A stretch of DNA of 64,000 bases from an uncultured delta proteobacterium. Its GTDB lineage: Bacteria; Myxococcota_A; Polyangia; Fen-1088. The DNA is taken from the NCBI GenBank assembly GCA_963796685.1, contig CAWCMR010000025.1, positions 544,001 to 608,000 on the forward strand, read 5' to 3'. Every line of letters begins with the position of its first letter. The first letter of the stretch is position 1. A program made the position numbers and the translations under genes. Positions 19,054 to 30,289 of the stretch are shown here, in pieces. The notes below the pieces were generated by a model. It worked only from the letters and a program-made list of their open reading frames with translations, was not told the origin of the DNA and searched no databases.

Positions 19054-20042
19054 TCACGGACCGAAGGTCCTCGAGTCTTGCAGCATCTGCCAGAGGCGCG
19101 CAGTGACGAAGGTGCAATCGGAACCGGTGACGAGTGTGAGCCGGCCCCGCGCATCGGGGACGAGGTTGGGGCCCGTGGTCGAGTCGAAGCTGCTGCTTGG
19201 ATCCTGCGAGACGTTCTCGATCGCGGTTACGAACTTGGGTAGCCCGACTGCGATGATACCGATCTGATCGGAGGCGGTCATGAGATTGATGATCTTGGAC
19301 TGCTGGTCGGCGATGAGACTGCCCAAGGGGTTCTGAGGAAGCTCGGAAACCTGCGACGATGTGACGTCAGTCGTTTGGTCGTAGTAGGTGCTGACTTGAA
19401 TGTACCTGAACCGCTGGGCCACGATCCAATCCGCCCAGGGATCCATCGTGCCGTTGGGTGATCCCATGCTTCCCCCCTTGGCCGAGGCCGAACCGAGCGT
19501 CGAGACGACCACGACCCGCTCTGTCACCGTCCTGTCGATGAGGTAGGCATCCGCGACGTCTGTAAGGGGCCCACCGGTCGCCACCACGAGCGGCCGGTTC
19601 GGCAAACCGAGCCGAGCAGACGTCTCCACGATCAGAAGGGCACCTGCGGATCGGTTGGGCGCGGTGGCGTCGAGATTTCCGTCATTCGGCCTCACGAGTG
19701 GCGAACCTCCGCTGGCGACAGGATCTGGAATGCCGGCCAGGCCACTCGCTCGGGCGGCGGTCACCAGCTTTTGCCAATCCGCGACGTTGGTGTTGAGATC
19801 AGGCCAGAATTTGGTCGTGTTGACGATAATGCCGGCGAGAGCAGGGCCTCCCGAATTGGCAAACAAGACGGCATACACGCCCTGCCAGTTGTCGCTTTGG
19901 TTGTCGTTGCAGATGATGACCGCGTTTCGCTCGTCGACCGGGAGGAGGCCATGCGGGGAATCGGAGCCGGCATCGAGTGCCTGCCTGCTGCACGCGAGCG
20001 GCAGCAGCAACAACATTTGTTGGACGCCCGATTTCGGGACAT
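19054..20042 (-). CDS. lipoprotein with nucleoside-hydrolase-like fold; in-frame start 20016, or 20042 with a frameshift
   Basis: LPLAC lipobox; VIICND near the N-terminus; LVVATGGPLTDVADAYLID motif. Confidence 0.55.
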
Positions 20043-20049
20043 GGCCATC

Positions 20050-20610
20050 CTGCTCTGGTAGCGTCCCGGGCACTGGCGGCAGCTCGAGCACCGGTGGCCG
20101 TAGCGGCACCGGCGGAAGCACCTCGACAGTATCGGGCACCGATGGCCGTAGCGGCACTGGCGGAAACACCTCGACAGTATCGGGCACCGGTGGCCGTAGC
20201 GGCACCGGCGGAAGCACCTCGACAGTATCGGACAGCAAAGACGCCGGCCTCGGGGGAGCGATGGCAGGCGGCGGGAACGCCGGCGGCGCAGGAGCAACGG
20301 CGGTCGGAGGAGCAAGCAGCGGAGATGCCGGCGGCGGGGGAGCGACGTCTTTCGGAGGAATGAGCGGCACCGCTGGAATCTCGGGCTCGGGCGGCCTGCA
20401 AGGTGTCGGCGACGCCCACGACTCTGGAGGTGCGCCTTCTGGTTTTGGCGGCTCGTCATCAACAGGGGGAGCCTTGGCCGCGACAGAAGGCAGGGCGGGT
20501 GGACGCGTTGGGCCACTCGGCGGATCCCCTATGGGCGGCGCGGTTGCTGGGAATGACACGAGCAACGGCTGTAGCTGCACCGTAGGCAAGGGACAAGGGG
20601 CTGACAGCCG
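20050..20610 (+). pseudogene. orphan Gly/Ser/Thr linker with MYXO-CTERM-like end
   Basis: GTGG-rich linker ending NGCSCTVG; no start or catalytic domain upstream and no TM tail. Confidence 0.5.
20088..20231 (+). repeat. three 48-bp tandem repeats
   Basis: GCACCGGTGGCCGTAGCGGCACCGGCGGAAGCACCTCGACAGTATCGG x3 with few mismatches. Confidence 0.8.
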
Positions 20611-20719
20611 CGCGGCACGGAGGGCGGAATCGCACTTCTGCTTGGACTCTTGGCGCTCGGGTTCATTCGGCGGCGGCCGTAGCTCAGACATCTCGATCGC
20701 CTCATCGCACATGGCGGCA

Positions 20720-20831
20720 TCCCAGTTGCGCCCAACCGTGCTGCAGCCTCAGACGCCAACGCATGACCGCCGGTCACCAATTCGACGAGTTGTGACCTCT
20801 GCTCACTCGTGTGCCGTCTACGCATGCGCGC
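20720..20831 (-). mobile_element. IS accessory/transposase HTH remnant (IS66 TnpA-like)
   Basis: MRRRHTSEQRSQLVELVTGGHALASEAAARLG, then degenerates. Confidence 0.5.
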
Positions 20832-20849
20832 ATCGTGCCCCTCGTGGTG

Positions 20850-21073
20850 GGAACATGCCATATGGGGTCCGTGCAGCGGTTACAGAACAACCACTTCACC
20901 AACCAGGGCGAGCCCACCGACCTCGGCAAGCAGGCCGGCACGGGCTCGATCCAGGAGGCGACCAGCAACCTCTTCGAGAGCTGCACCGGCAACCGAAGGG
21001 CAGCGGCACGGCCTTCGCGCCGCCCTACGAGTACAAGTCGTCCTTGGTGCAGGGCGCTGGTCCAGACAGGTAG
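20850..21073 (+). pseudogene. pectate lyase (PL1-like) C-terminal remnant
   Basis: LQNNHF...NLFESCTGN / GSGTAFAPPYEY...LVQGAGP split across frames. Confidence 0.45.
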
Positions 21074-21256
21074 GCGGAACAAGCGCCATTCCCCTCCGCC
21101 GACAAAATCTTCGACATAAGGATGTTGCGTAACCTACGTGTCCCCTATACCCACGCATCATTCATAGACAGGGAGGAGGGCGTCACGCCCGGAGGAGGGC
21201 GTCTCTCGGCGGTCGTGATACAACTACTCGATCTCGCCGCCGAGGACGAACCGCTC

Positions 21257-22129
21257 ATGACCGACCGCCAAGCCAGCCCGCGACTCCGACGGGAGGACCA
21301 CGCTGCCGAGTGCGTGATGCTGGAAGAGCGTGTCTTCTCGGTGAAAAGGCGCTTCTTGGCCATGTACAAGAAGGCCCACGCCGGGCACATCGGCAGCTCG
21401 CTGTCTTGTGCCGAGATTCTGGTCTTTCTGAAGTTCGCGTGGATGCGGGATGACGACAGCTTCGTCCTCTCGAAGGGGCATGCGGTGGCCGCGCTCTATG
21501 CCTTGCTGGCCGAGGTCGATGCCCTCACCCCTGACCAGATCGAGTCGTTCTATGGGGAGGGCACGCAGCTTCCCGCCCTGCCCCCCTGCAACGCTTTCAA
21601 GGAGATCCCCTTTGCCACCGGTAGCCTGGGGCATGGGCTCTCCCTGTGTGCTGGCATGGCCTTGGGTGCCGCCCTCAACCGTAACCCGCGGCGCGCGTTC
21701 TGCCTTACCTCCGATGGCGAGCTCGACGAAGGCAGCGTCTGGGAGGCGGCGCTCTTCATCGCCCATCGCAAGCTCTGCAACCTGGTCTGGTTGATCGATC
21801 GCAACCGTATCCAAGGGATCGGCCGGACCGAGGACGTGCTGGCGCTCGAGCCGCTCGACGCCAAGTTGCGCGCCTTCGGCTTCCATGTCGTGGTTGCCGA
21901 CGGACATGATTTCTCCTCTCTGCAGACAGCGCGAGAGGCTTGCGCCCAGGTTCCCCAGCAGCCGGTCGTCATCATCGCCAACACCGTCAAAGGCCACGGC
22001 ATCGCCTGCATGCAGGACACGGTGGATTCGCACTATCTGCCCATGGACGATGCCCAATACGCGCAGGCCCTCCAGGAAACCACGCAAGCCCATGCGGCCG
22101 CGCTCGAGAAGTATCGCGATGCGGGCTGA
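21257..22129 (+). CDS. transketolase N-terminal subunit (TPP binding)
   Basis: GHIGSSLS, LSKGHA, TGSLGHG, SDGELDEG, IANTVKGHG. Confidence 0.9.
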   Translation: MTDRQASPRLRREDHAAECVMLEERVFSVKRRFLAMYKKAHAGHIGSSLSCAEILVFLKFAWMRDDDSFVLSKGHAVAALYALLAEVDALTPDQIESFYGEGTQLPALPPCNAFKEIPFATGSLGHGLSLCAGMALGAALNRNPRRAFCLTSDGELDEGSVWEAALFIAHRKLCNLVWLIDRNRIQGIGRTEDVLALEPLDAKLRAFGFHVVVADGHDFSSLQTAREACAQVPQQPVVIIANTVKGHGIACMQDTVDSHYLPMDDAQYAQALQETTQAHAAALEKYRDAG

Positions 22130-23027
22130 ATTCGCAGACGCGATGATCGCGCTTTACCGGAGGCGCCACGATCTCGTGTTCATCACGGGCGACGTTGGCT
22201 ACATGGCCCTGGAAGGCGTGGCACAAACCTACGGCGAGCGTTTCATCAACGCTGGCATCGCGGAACAGAACGCTGTCTCGCTCGCGGCGGGTCTGGTGCA
22301 CGAAGGCCACCAGCCCTGGGTGTACAGCACCGCCCCCTTCGTGGCGCTACGCCCCTACGAGCAGATTCGCAACGATCTGTGCCTGCACAGGCTACCCGTC
22401 AAACTGGTGGGCAATGGCGGCGGCTACGGTTTCGGCATCATGGGGGCGACCCATCATGCCCTGGAAGACGTGGGGGCCATGCGGGTGCTGCCCAACATGA
22501 AAATCTATCTGCCCTTGGTCGAGACGGACATGCATCAGGTGGTCGGCATGATGGCGGAAGATCCACGGCCCAATTACCTGCGCCTGAACACGGCCGCCAA
22601 GATCCCGGCTGGAATCCCTGTCTTTGCTCCCTGGCGCAGGCTGAAGCGCGGCCAGCGGGCGGTGCTCATCGGGATGGGTCCCGTTTTGGGCAATGTCTAT
22701 GACCTGGGGAATCAGTCCCTGCTCGATGACTTGGAGATCTGGAACGTGGGGACCCTGCCCCTCGAGGATATTCCCGCGGATCTGGTCGAGAGCATCCAAG
22801 AGAAGCGGATGGTGGTGACCATCGAGGAGCACTACGGTGCTTGCGGGCTGGGGGAAGCGCTCAGCCACCTGTTCATGACCCGCGGGCTTTGGCCGCGGTC
22901 CTTCACCAGCCTGCATGCTGCCGGCTATCCCTCGGGGCGCTATGGCAGCCAACGCTGGCACCAGCAAGAGAGCGGGCTGGCAGGTCCGTCCCTGTCCTCG
23001 CGTCTGGAGGCAGTTATCCGTGGCTGA
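22119..23027 (+). CDS. transketolase C-terminal subunit
   Basis: RFINAGIAEQN, RPYEQIRND, GATHHALED, TIEEH. Confidence 0.9.
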   Translation: MRAEFADAMIALYRRRHDLVFITGDVGYMALEGVAQTYGERFINAGIAEQNAVSLAAGLVHEGHQPWVYSTAPFVALRPYEQIRNDLCLHRLPVKLVGNGGGYGFGIMGATHHALEDVGAMRVLPNMKIYLPLVETDMHQVVGMMAEDPRPNYLRLNTAAKIPAGIPVFAPWRRLKRGQRAVLIGMGPVLGNVYDLGNQSLLDDLEIWNVGTLPLEDIPADLVESIQEKRMVVTIEEHYGACGLGEALSHLFMTRGLWPRSFTSLHAAGYPSGRYGSQRWHQQESGLAGPSLSSRLEAVIRG

Positions 23028-24024
23028 GGTGAAGCTGTCCGCGGTCATCGCCTGCTACCAGGACGCGCGGGCGATTCCGCTGATGCACAAACGGTTGACC
23101 GAGGTGTTCACGTCCTTGGCCGTGGACTACGAGATCATCTTCGTCAACGACGGCAGCCCCGACGACAGCGATGGCGTCCTGCAAGGCCTGACCGCGATCG
23201 ACGCCCACGTGCTGACCATCGAGCATTCGAGGAATTTCGGCTCACAGAACGCCTTCCTAAGCGGCATGCAGATGGCCACCGGGAACGCCGTCATCCTTCT
23301 CGACGGTGACCTTCAGGATCCGCCCGAAGTCATCCCCGCGTTCGTCGAAAAGTGGCGAGAGGGACACGACGTGGTTTACGGCCGGCGCGGCAAACGCGAG
23401 GGTTCGAGGCTGTTGGCCTTGGCCTGCCGGGGCTTCTACCGGGTTTTCCATCGGCTTTCCGAGGTCCCCATGCCGCTCGACGCGGGCGACTTCGCGCTCA
23501 TGGATCGCAGCGTGGTGGACCACCTGCTCGCGCTTCCCGAGACCGACCAATTCCTGCGCGGGCTGCGCACCTGGGTCGGCTTCAAGCAGACGGGGGTGGA
23601 CTATCTTCGCCCGCAACGCGCCTTTGGGCGCTCGACCCATAGCTGGCTGAAGAACGTGTGGTGGGCCAAGAAAGCCATCTTCTCGTTCAGCTCGTTCCCC
23701 ATCGAGCTGCTGGGCTATGCCGCGGCCGTCATGACCACGCTCTCCCTCCTGGGTGTCCTCTACGAGTTGGTCGACCGGCTGCGCCGGCCGGAGAGCCCCC
23801 ACGGCATCTCCACCGTCATTGTCCTCATCTTGTTCTTCGGCAGTCTGAACCTTCTCGCGATTTCGCTGATCGGCGAATACGTGATCAAGACCGTCGAGGA
23901 GTCCAAGCGTCGACCCAAGTTCATCAGGAAGGCGGTCCGGCACGGGGGCAAGCTGTTCGGAACCGCCGCGGAGATTGAAGGCTTCTTGCGGGAGCGACAA
24001 ACGCTTCATGGCAGCGAACGGTAA
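23020..24024 (+). CDS. GT2 glycosyltransferase (GtrB/ArnC-like polyprenyl-phosphate glycosyltransferase)
   Basis: FVNDGSPD, SRNFG, DGDLQDPPE, two C-terminal TM helices, IGEY. Confidence 0.9.
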   Translation: MAEVKLSAVIACYQDARAIPLMHKRLTEVFTSLAVDYEIIFVNDGSPDDSDGVLQGLTAIDAHVLTIEHSRNFGSQNAFLSGMQMATGNAVILLDGDLQDPPEVIPAFVEKWREGHDVVYGRRGKREGSRLLALACRGFYRVFHRLSEVPMPLDAGDFALMDRSVVDHLLALPETDQFLRGLRTWVGFKQTGVDYLRPQRAFGRSTHSWLKNVWWAKKAIFSFSSFPIELLGYAAAVMTTLSLLGVLYELVDRLRRPESPHGISTVIVLILFFGSLNLLAISLIGEYVIKTVEESKRRPKFIRKAVRHGGKLFGTAAEIEGFLRERQTLHGSER

Positions 24025-24796
24025 CAGCGTTCTCATCACCGGGACGACCTCGGGCGTGGGTCGCGCGCTCCTCGATTATTACGCGCAAAGCGGGGCCACG
24101 GTGGTTTCGGTCAACCGTCGCCACGTCCCCGAGCTCGAAACCCGCTATCCCTCCGTCCGTTTCGAGCACATCGACGTGCGTTGTGCCGAGGACGTGGAGC
24201 ATCTGGTTCGTGGGCTGGCGGCGACCGGGCAACTGCCCAACGTCTTTATCCTGAATGCAGGAATCAACCGGGTGGACAACGATGAGGCGTTTCTCTTGTC
24301 CGCCTACAAGGAAGTCGTCGATACCAACCTGTTTGGCGTGTTGAATTTCGTGGCACCTCTGACTCAAGTCCCCGTGTCCCGCCACCCGCTGCACGTGATC
24401 GCCATCGGCTCCGTGGCCAGTTATGTGGGAAACCCCTACGGTCTTGGCTATCACACCAGCAAGCAGGCACTGACCGCCTGTCTCGAAACCTGGGCAAGGA
24501 TGTACACGGGCACGGACCTGGTCTTCCAGCAGGTCGTGCTGGGGCCTGTGCACACCGAGATCTATACGATGGAGGACAGGCTTCCGGCCTGGATGGTCAG
24601 GATCAAGCACCTCTTCTCCGCATCGCTCTCGGGCACGGTGCAGGCCATTTCACGCCTTGCCCTGACCCGAAGAAGAAAGCTCTTCTATCCTGCGCGCGCC
24701 TTGCCCTTGGTCCTGGCCATGGGACTCGGCCAGCGTCTTGGCCTCTACCAAGGGCGCAAGACGCTGGGCGGGAAGGCGCGGCGCCGGACCGGGTGA
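24008..24796 (+). CDS. SDR family NAD(P)-dependent oxidoreductase
   Basis: ITGTTSGVG, LNAG, YHTSK. Confidence 0.85.
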   Translation: MAANGNSVLITGTTSGVGRALLDYYAQSGATVVSVNRRHVPELETRYPSVRFEHIDVRCAEDVEHLVRGLAATGQLPNVFILNAGINRVDNDEAFLLSAYKEVVDTNLFGVLNFVAPLTQVPVSRHPLHVIAIGSVASYVGNPYGLGYHTSKQALTACLETWARMYTGTDLVFQQVVLGPVHTEIYTMEDRLPAWMVRIKHLFSASLSGTVQAISRLALTRRRKLFYPARALPLVLAMGLGQRLGLYQGRKTLGGKARRRTG

Positions 24797-24833
24797 GCCC
24801 GGCAGGGACTCGAGCTAGAGGATACGCTCCCTA

Positions 24834-26135
24834 TTAGATGATCCCTTTGGCCCGCAACCTCGTCAGCTGGGCGCGCACGGCATCGAGCCCGCCGCTGGTG
24901 TAAAGGAGATAGAGGCGCTGCGCGCTCAGGTACGACAGCGCGGGGTTGCGGTAGTGCAGGTTGTAGCGGCCGGTGTCGCTGGGATCGTAGCCGAAGGAGG
25001 CGGCTAGATTGGCCAGGAGGACTTGCGCCACGGCGACCGCGGGGCCGGACTGGGTGTAGTCGGCGTCGGAGAGATTGTGGAGCTGGTACTCCACCGGCGC
25101 GTTCACCTGCCCGGCAGCGTTCAAGTCCACGTCGCCCAGGCGCTGCACGGCCGGCAGACGGAGATGGCCCGAGCTGTCGACACGCAGGTAGCCCTTGGCC
25201 ACTGGATCGATGCCCGCGATGATGGCGCCAGCATGCAGCCAATTCACCACCTTGTACTCGTTGCCCGAGGTCGGGTTGGAATGAGCCGATGCCTGGGTGA
25301 TGACGAACTTGGGCGAAAGCCCGCGCGCCATGGATTCCGCGATGCCGATGATGTGGTGGCCGCCGGTGCGGGAGTCGCCGGCCGCACCGTAGTTGTCGGT
25401 GGTGCCATTGCCGCCGAAATTGAGCTCGGCGAACTCGCTGCCGTCGGCATTCCATTGGAACACGAGGGGCTTGGCCCAATCGTGCAGCAAGGGCGCTGCA
25501 AAGGTGATGTCTTGATCGATGTCTACGTCGGCTCGGCCCGTGCCCTGTCCATCGTCGTCTGGATCCCCGACCATGGGCAGGCCATCATGCCCGGTGTGCC
25601 CATACATGCGTCGGTAGTTATCGGCAAAGCTCGCATTGCTGAGGTCGTTGAAGCTCTCGTGAACGGCCAGCCCGCCCGGATACGAGTGGTGCCCCCCGAA
25701 CACGCTGCCCGGTGCCGAGTAGAACGGCTGCGGGAGGTGAGGACAGGCGCTGCCTGGGTCGAGCACGGGCGGCAGAGCGCCGGCCATGGCACCGCCCGGG
25801 AAGCTGGCGGCGTCACCCGGCGCGTACAGCCCCTCGGCGGCAAGTTTGTCGATGATGGCCTGTTTGGTGGCCGCGGTCTCGCCGGCCCGGTGACGGACGC
25901 ACACCGAGCGATCCTCGACCAGGTCGTGAACATTGCGCGCGAGCGTGCGATCGTTGATTTGCGAGATGCGTTGGGCGATGAGTCGCCGGGCTGATTGGAC
26001 CAGGGGCGACGAACCGGCGAGCTGCACGGCCTGGTCGTTGCCGGCGCCGGGAATGGTCTGATCGACGGCGTGCGCGCTGGATGAATGCGTTGCGATGGCC
26101 AACACGAGCGCCGATGAGGTGACGAGCTTGTTCAT
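24834..26135 (-). CDS. secreted HD-domain-like protein
   Basis: AAGGAGG RBS; signal peptide ending AHA; HHSYPGGLAVHE...LLHDWAK...HH...AH. Confidence 0.6.
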   Translation of the reverse strand: MNKLVTSSALVLAIATHSSSAHAVDQTIPGAGNDQAVQLAGSSPLVQSARRLIAQRISQINDRTLARNVHDLVEDRSVCVRHRAGETAATKQAIIDKLAAEGLYAPGDAASFPGGAMAGALPPVLDPGSACPHLPQPFYSAPGSVFGGHHSYPGGLAVHESFNDLSNASFADNYRRMYGHTGHDGLPMVGDPDDDGQGTGRADVDIDQDITFAAPLLHDWAKPLVFQWNADGSEFAELNFGGNGTTDNYGAAGDSRTGGHHIIGIAESMARGLSPKFVITQASAHSNPTSGNEYKVVNWLHAGAIIAGIDPVAKGYLRVDSSGHLRLPAVQRLGDVDLNAAGQVNAPVEYQLHNLSDADYTQSGPAVAVAQVLLANLAASFGYDPSDTGRYNLHYRNPALSYLSAQRLYLLYTSGGLDAVRAQLTRLRAKGII

Positions 26136-26469
26136 GATGAACCTCCTTTGACGGTCACAGGCGCGGGACACCCTGTCGCCGCGTCCGTGCCGCAGGTCCT
26201 AGCGCCCGCGAAAGCGCGTGCCGCCACAACCCGGCGACAAATGCGCAACAGTCTTCCGCACCCGGACACCGCATTACTACCTGGCCAGGAAATGGCAGAG
26301 CGGTGGTTGCGGCCCGGTCACGAGAGTCATTTTACCAGAATCAGCACGGCCCGTTGCTTTCTCCGAAGGTCACCGAGGCACCGTTGCGCACCCAAATGCA
26401 GGACGCCTTCCCCCGAAGACCCCACAAGATGCGAAGACACGGGTGGCCGCCGTCCGCAGAGTATGCGGC

Positions 26470-27687
26470 ATGTACCGAGCTGTGTTTCGTCAGGTGATGC
26501 TCTTCTCGTCGATCTGCCTCGCCATCGGCGGGTCGGGTTGCAGTCCGGGCCTTGGGTGGGCCGACGGGACCGGGGGAGAATTCAGCACCGGCGGCGGCAC
26601 GGGGACCGGCGGCACGACCAGCGGCGCCACGGGCGGCAGCACGACCGCGGGTTCCGGAGGCGACGCCACCGGCGGCATTGCATCGACCGGCGGCGGCGCC
26701 GGTGACGGGTCGGGGGGCGCCGCGGGCAGCGGTGGCTCGGGTGGCCGTGTCAGCGCCACGGGCGGCAACACCGCAACGGGTGGAGTCGCTGGGGGCACGA
26801 CCGTGCAGAGCGGAGCCGGCGGCGCGGCGAGTGGAGGCAGCACGGGCAGCAGTGCGACGGGCGGCGCAGGCGGTAGCGCCCCGACCAGCGGGACCGGCAG
26901 CAGCGCTACCGGAGGCAGCGGCTCGGGCGGAACGGCAGGCGGAACCGGCGGCACCGCGGGGAATGCGACCGGCGGCGCAAGCGGTCCCTTCACCTTGGCG
27001 TGGCAGGACGACTTCAACGCGCTCGACACGTCGGCCTGGCAGGCCCAGAGCTTCACCTGGGACGGCAACCAAGCACAATTCACGCCGCAGAACGTGTCGG
27101 TGAGCGGCGGCAAGCTGAACCTGTCGCTCACCAATGCTCCCAGCGGCTCGGCCAAGCCCTATCTGGGCGTCGAGCTGCGTTCGACCAAGACGCTCACCTA
27201 CGGCAAGGTGTCGGCCAGCATGCGCTTTGCCAAAGGCTCGGGCGTGGTCTCGGGGCTCGTTCTCTTCTACACGCCCTACCCCAATTGCGACTGGAACGAG
27301 ATCGACATCGAGCACCTCGGCAATTCCAGCCAGACCTCGCAGCTCAATTGCATGATCTATACAGGCACGCCGGTGCCCAACTGTACGACCTCGGTCACGC
27401 CCACCCAGGATCCGCAGGTCGTCAGCCTGGGCGTAGACGCCGAAGCCGCGTTCCACCAGTACGACATCGAGTGGACGCCGGCGGGCGTGAAGTTCTTCGT
27501 CGACGGCACCTTGCTGCGCACCTGGACCGCCAACATCTCGCTACTCAAGCTGCCGATGAACATCCTGCTCACCATCTGGGCCTCGAACAGCGCTTCCTGG
27601 GCGGGCGCGCTCGATGCTTCGTCGGCGCCGACCAGCGCCGAGGTCGATTGGATCAAGGTGTATAGCTGGTTTACCCGGTCTGTCTAG
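26470..27687 (+). CDS. GH16 glycoside hydrolase lipoprotein with Gly-rich linker
   Basis: WQDDF, WNEIDIE catalytic motif, FHQYDIEW, VDWIKVY. Confidence 0.9.
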   Translation: MYRAVFRQVMLFSSICLAIGGSGCSPGLGWADGTGGEFSTGGGTGTGGTTSGATGGSTTAGSGGDATGGIASTGGGAGDGSGGAAGSGGSGGRVSATGGNTATGGVAGGTTVQSGAGGAASGGSTGSSATGGAGGSAPTSGTGSSATGGSGSGGTAGGTGGTAGNATGGASGPFTLAWQDDFNALDTSAWQAQSFTWDGNQAQFTPQNVSVSGGKLNLSLTNAPSGSAKPYLGVELRSTKTLTYGKVSASMRFAKGSGVVSGLVLFYTPYPNCDWNEIDIEHLGNSSQTSQLNCMIYTGTPVPNCTTSVTPTQDPQVVSLGVDAEAAFHQYDIEWTPAGVKFFVDGTLLRTWTANISLLKLPMNILLTIWASNSASWAGALDASSAPTSAEVDWIKVYSWFTRSV

Positions 27688-27697
27688 CCGGTCTCCT

Positions 27698-28764
<1,067 letters not shown>

Positions 28765-28768
<4 letters not shown>

Positions 28769-29910
28769 GGCCGGGCCTCGCGCAAGAGCTTCACCGTCTG
28801 CACGAGCAGGTTCAGCGCGCGGTCAATCTCCTCGTCGGAGGTATCGCGGCCGAACGAGAAGCGCACCGAGGAACGCGCTTCGGCCGCGCTCTGTCCCATG
28901 GCGACGAGCACGTGGGACGACGTCTTGTCCGCCGAGGCGCACGCGGCCCCCGTGGACACCGCCACGCCCAGCATGTCGAGGTTGATGGTGACGGCCTCGC
29001 CGTCCAGGCCGGCGAAGGCGATGTTCGAGGTGTTGGGCAGGCGCTCGCTACCGCCGTTGATGCGCGTGCCGGGAATGCGCATCAGGACCTGCTTCTCGAA
29101 ATGGTCGCGCAGCTCGCCCACGCGGCGGGCGTCGGCGTCGAGGCGAGCGCGCGCCAGGTCGCAGGCCTTGCCGAATCCGACGATGGCCGGCACGTTCTCC
29201 GTCCCCGGTCGCAGGGTACGCTCTTGCCGGCCGCCGTGTGCCAGCGGCGCCAGGCGGACCCCGTGCCTGACGAAGAGGGCGCCCGCGCCCTTGGGTCCAT
29301 GGATCTTGTGCGACGAAAACGAAAGCAGGGACACGCCCAGCTGCTTGACGTCGATGGCCAGCTTGCCCGCGGCCTGCACGGCATCGCTGTGTACCAAGGC
29401 GCCACACGCCTTCGCAACACGCACGATCTCGGCGATCGGCTGGATGGTGCCGGTATCGTTGTTGGCCAGCATCACGGAGAACAGCGCGACGTCGGCCTTG
29501 GCCGCGGCCTCAGCGGCGACCGTCCGGACGCGTCCGTCGCCATCCACGGGCAAGAAAGCCACGTCGCGTCCCTGCTCTTTCAAATGCGTGCAGGGATCGA
29601 GCACGGCCTTGTGCTCGACCGCGCTCGTGACGAGACCCCGGCGCTCCTCCGCGGCCGCCCCGGCCACGCCCAGCACGGCCAGGTTGTCGGCCTCGGTGCC
29701 GCCGCTGGTGAAGACGATTTCGTCGGGGGTCGCACCGATCAGTGCGGCTACCTGCGCCCGCGCCCTGTCCACCAGCCGCCGGGCCGCCTGTCCCGCCTGG
29801 TGAATGCTGGAGGGATTGCCGAAGGAGACATCCAGCGCCTCGTTCATCGCGGCGCGCACCTCGGGGTCGACGGGTGTGGTCGCGTTGTAGTCGGCATAGA
29901 TCATGTTCAC
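28765..29910 (-). CDS. cysteine desulfurase (IscS/NifS family)
   Basis: YADYNATTP, GNPSS, FTSGGTEA, SSHKIHGPKG, STGAAC; overlaps the mnmA start. Confidence 0.92.
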
Positions 29911-30027
29911 GGCGTCATCCGAGAGAGGTTGCTCTAGCGCGGACGGAGCCGGTTAACCACCCGTATTGCAGCAACTTCACACGGTCCCAAGACTTGCTGC
30001 GCTAAGGGCGGACTTCTGGTTGCCGGC

Positions 30028-30047
30028 GTGGTCACATGTGGTTACAC
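30028..30047. promoter_or_regulatory. possible TA operator GTGGTCAC-AT-GTGGTTAC
   Basis: Tandem near-palindromes 8 bp before the antitoxin ATG. Confidence 0.4.
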
Positions 30048-30054
30048 TGGAGCC

Positions 30055-30288
30055 ATGATCGCGAGCGTACGCACGGCCAAGGCCAAATTGTCCGAGCTTC
30101 TTGCACGCGCCGCAACCGGTGAGGAGATCGTCATCACCTCGGATGGCCGCCCCAAAGCCAAGTTGGTGGGTATTCCCGCCATCCGCGCGCGCTATCGCGT
30201 GAACCGCCGCCTCTTGACTGCAACGACACGCAAGCCCAGCACGCCTGCCGAAGAGCTGATCCGGTTGGACCGCGACGGTCGCGACTGA
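30055..30288 (+). CDS. Phd/YefM family antitoxin
   Basis: AKAKLSELLARAATGEEIVITSDGRPKAKL. Confidence 0.88.
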   Translation: MIASVRTAKAKLSELLARAATGEEIVITSDGRPKAKLVGIPAIRARYRVNRRLLTATTRKPSTPAEELIRLDRDGRD

Positions 30289-30289
30289 C

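Noticed and set aside
19054-21073. Apparent long overlapping ORFs 19054..20712 (-) and 19655..21073 (+)
   Set aside because: Each is an open-frame extension through the other's low-complexity sequence; the real coding parts abut near 20045 rather than overlap.
26383-26412. Third TTGCGCAC box upstream of GH16
   Set aside because: It lacks GGGTTT at the 14-nt spacing, so it was not counted as the ECF motif.
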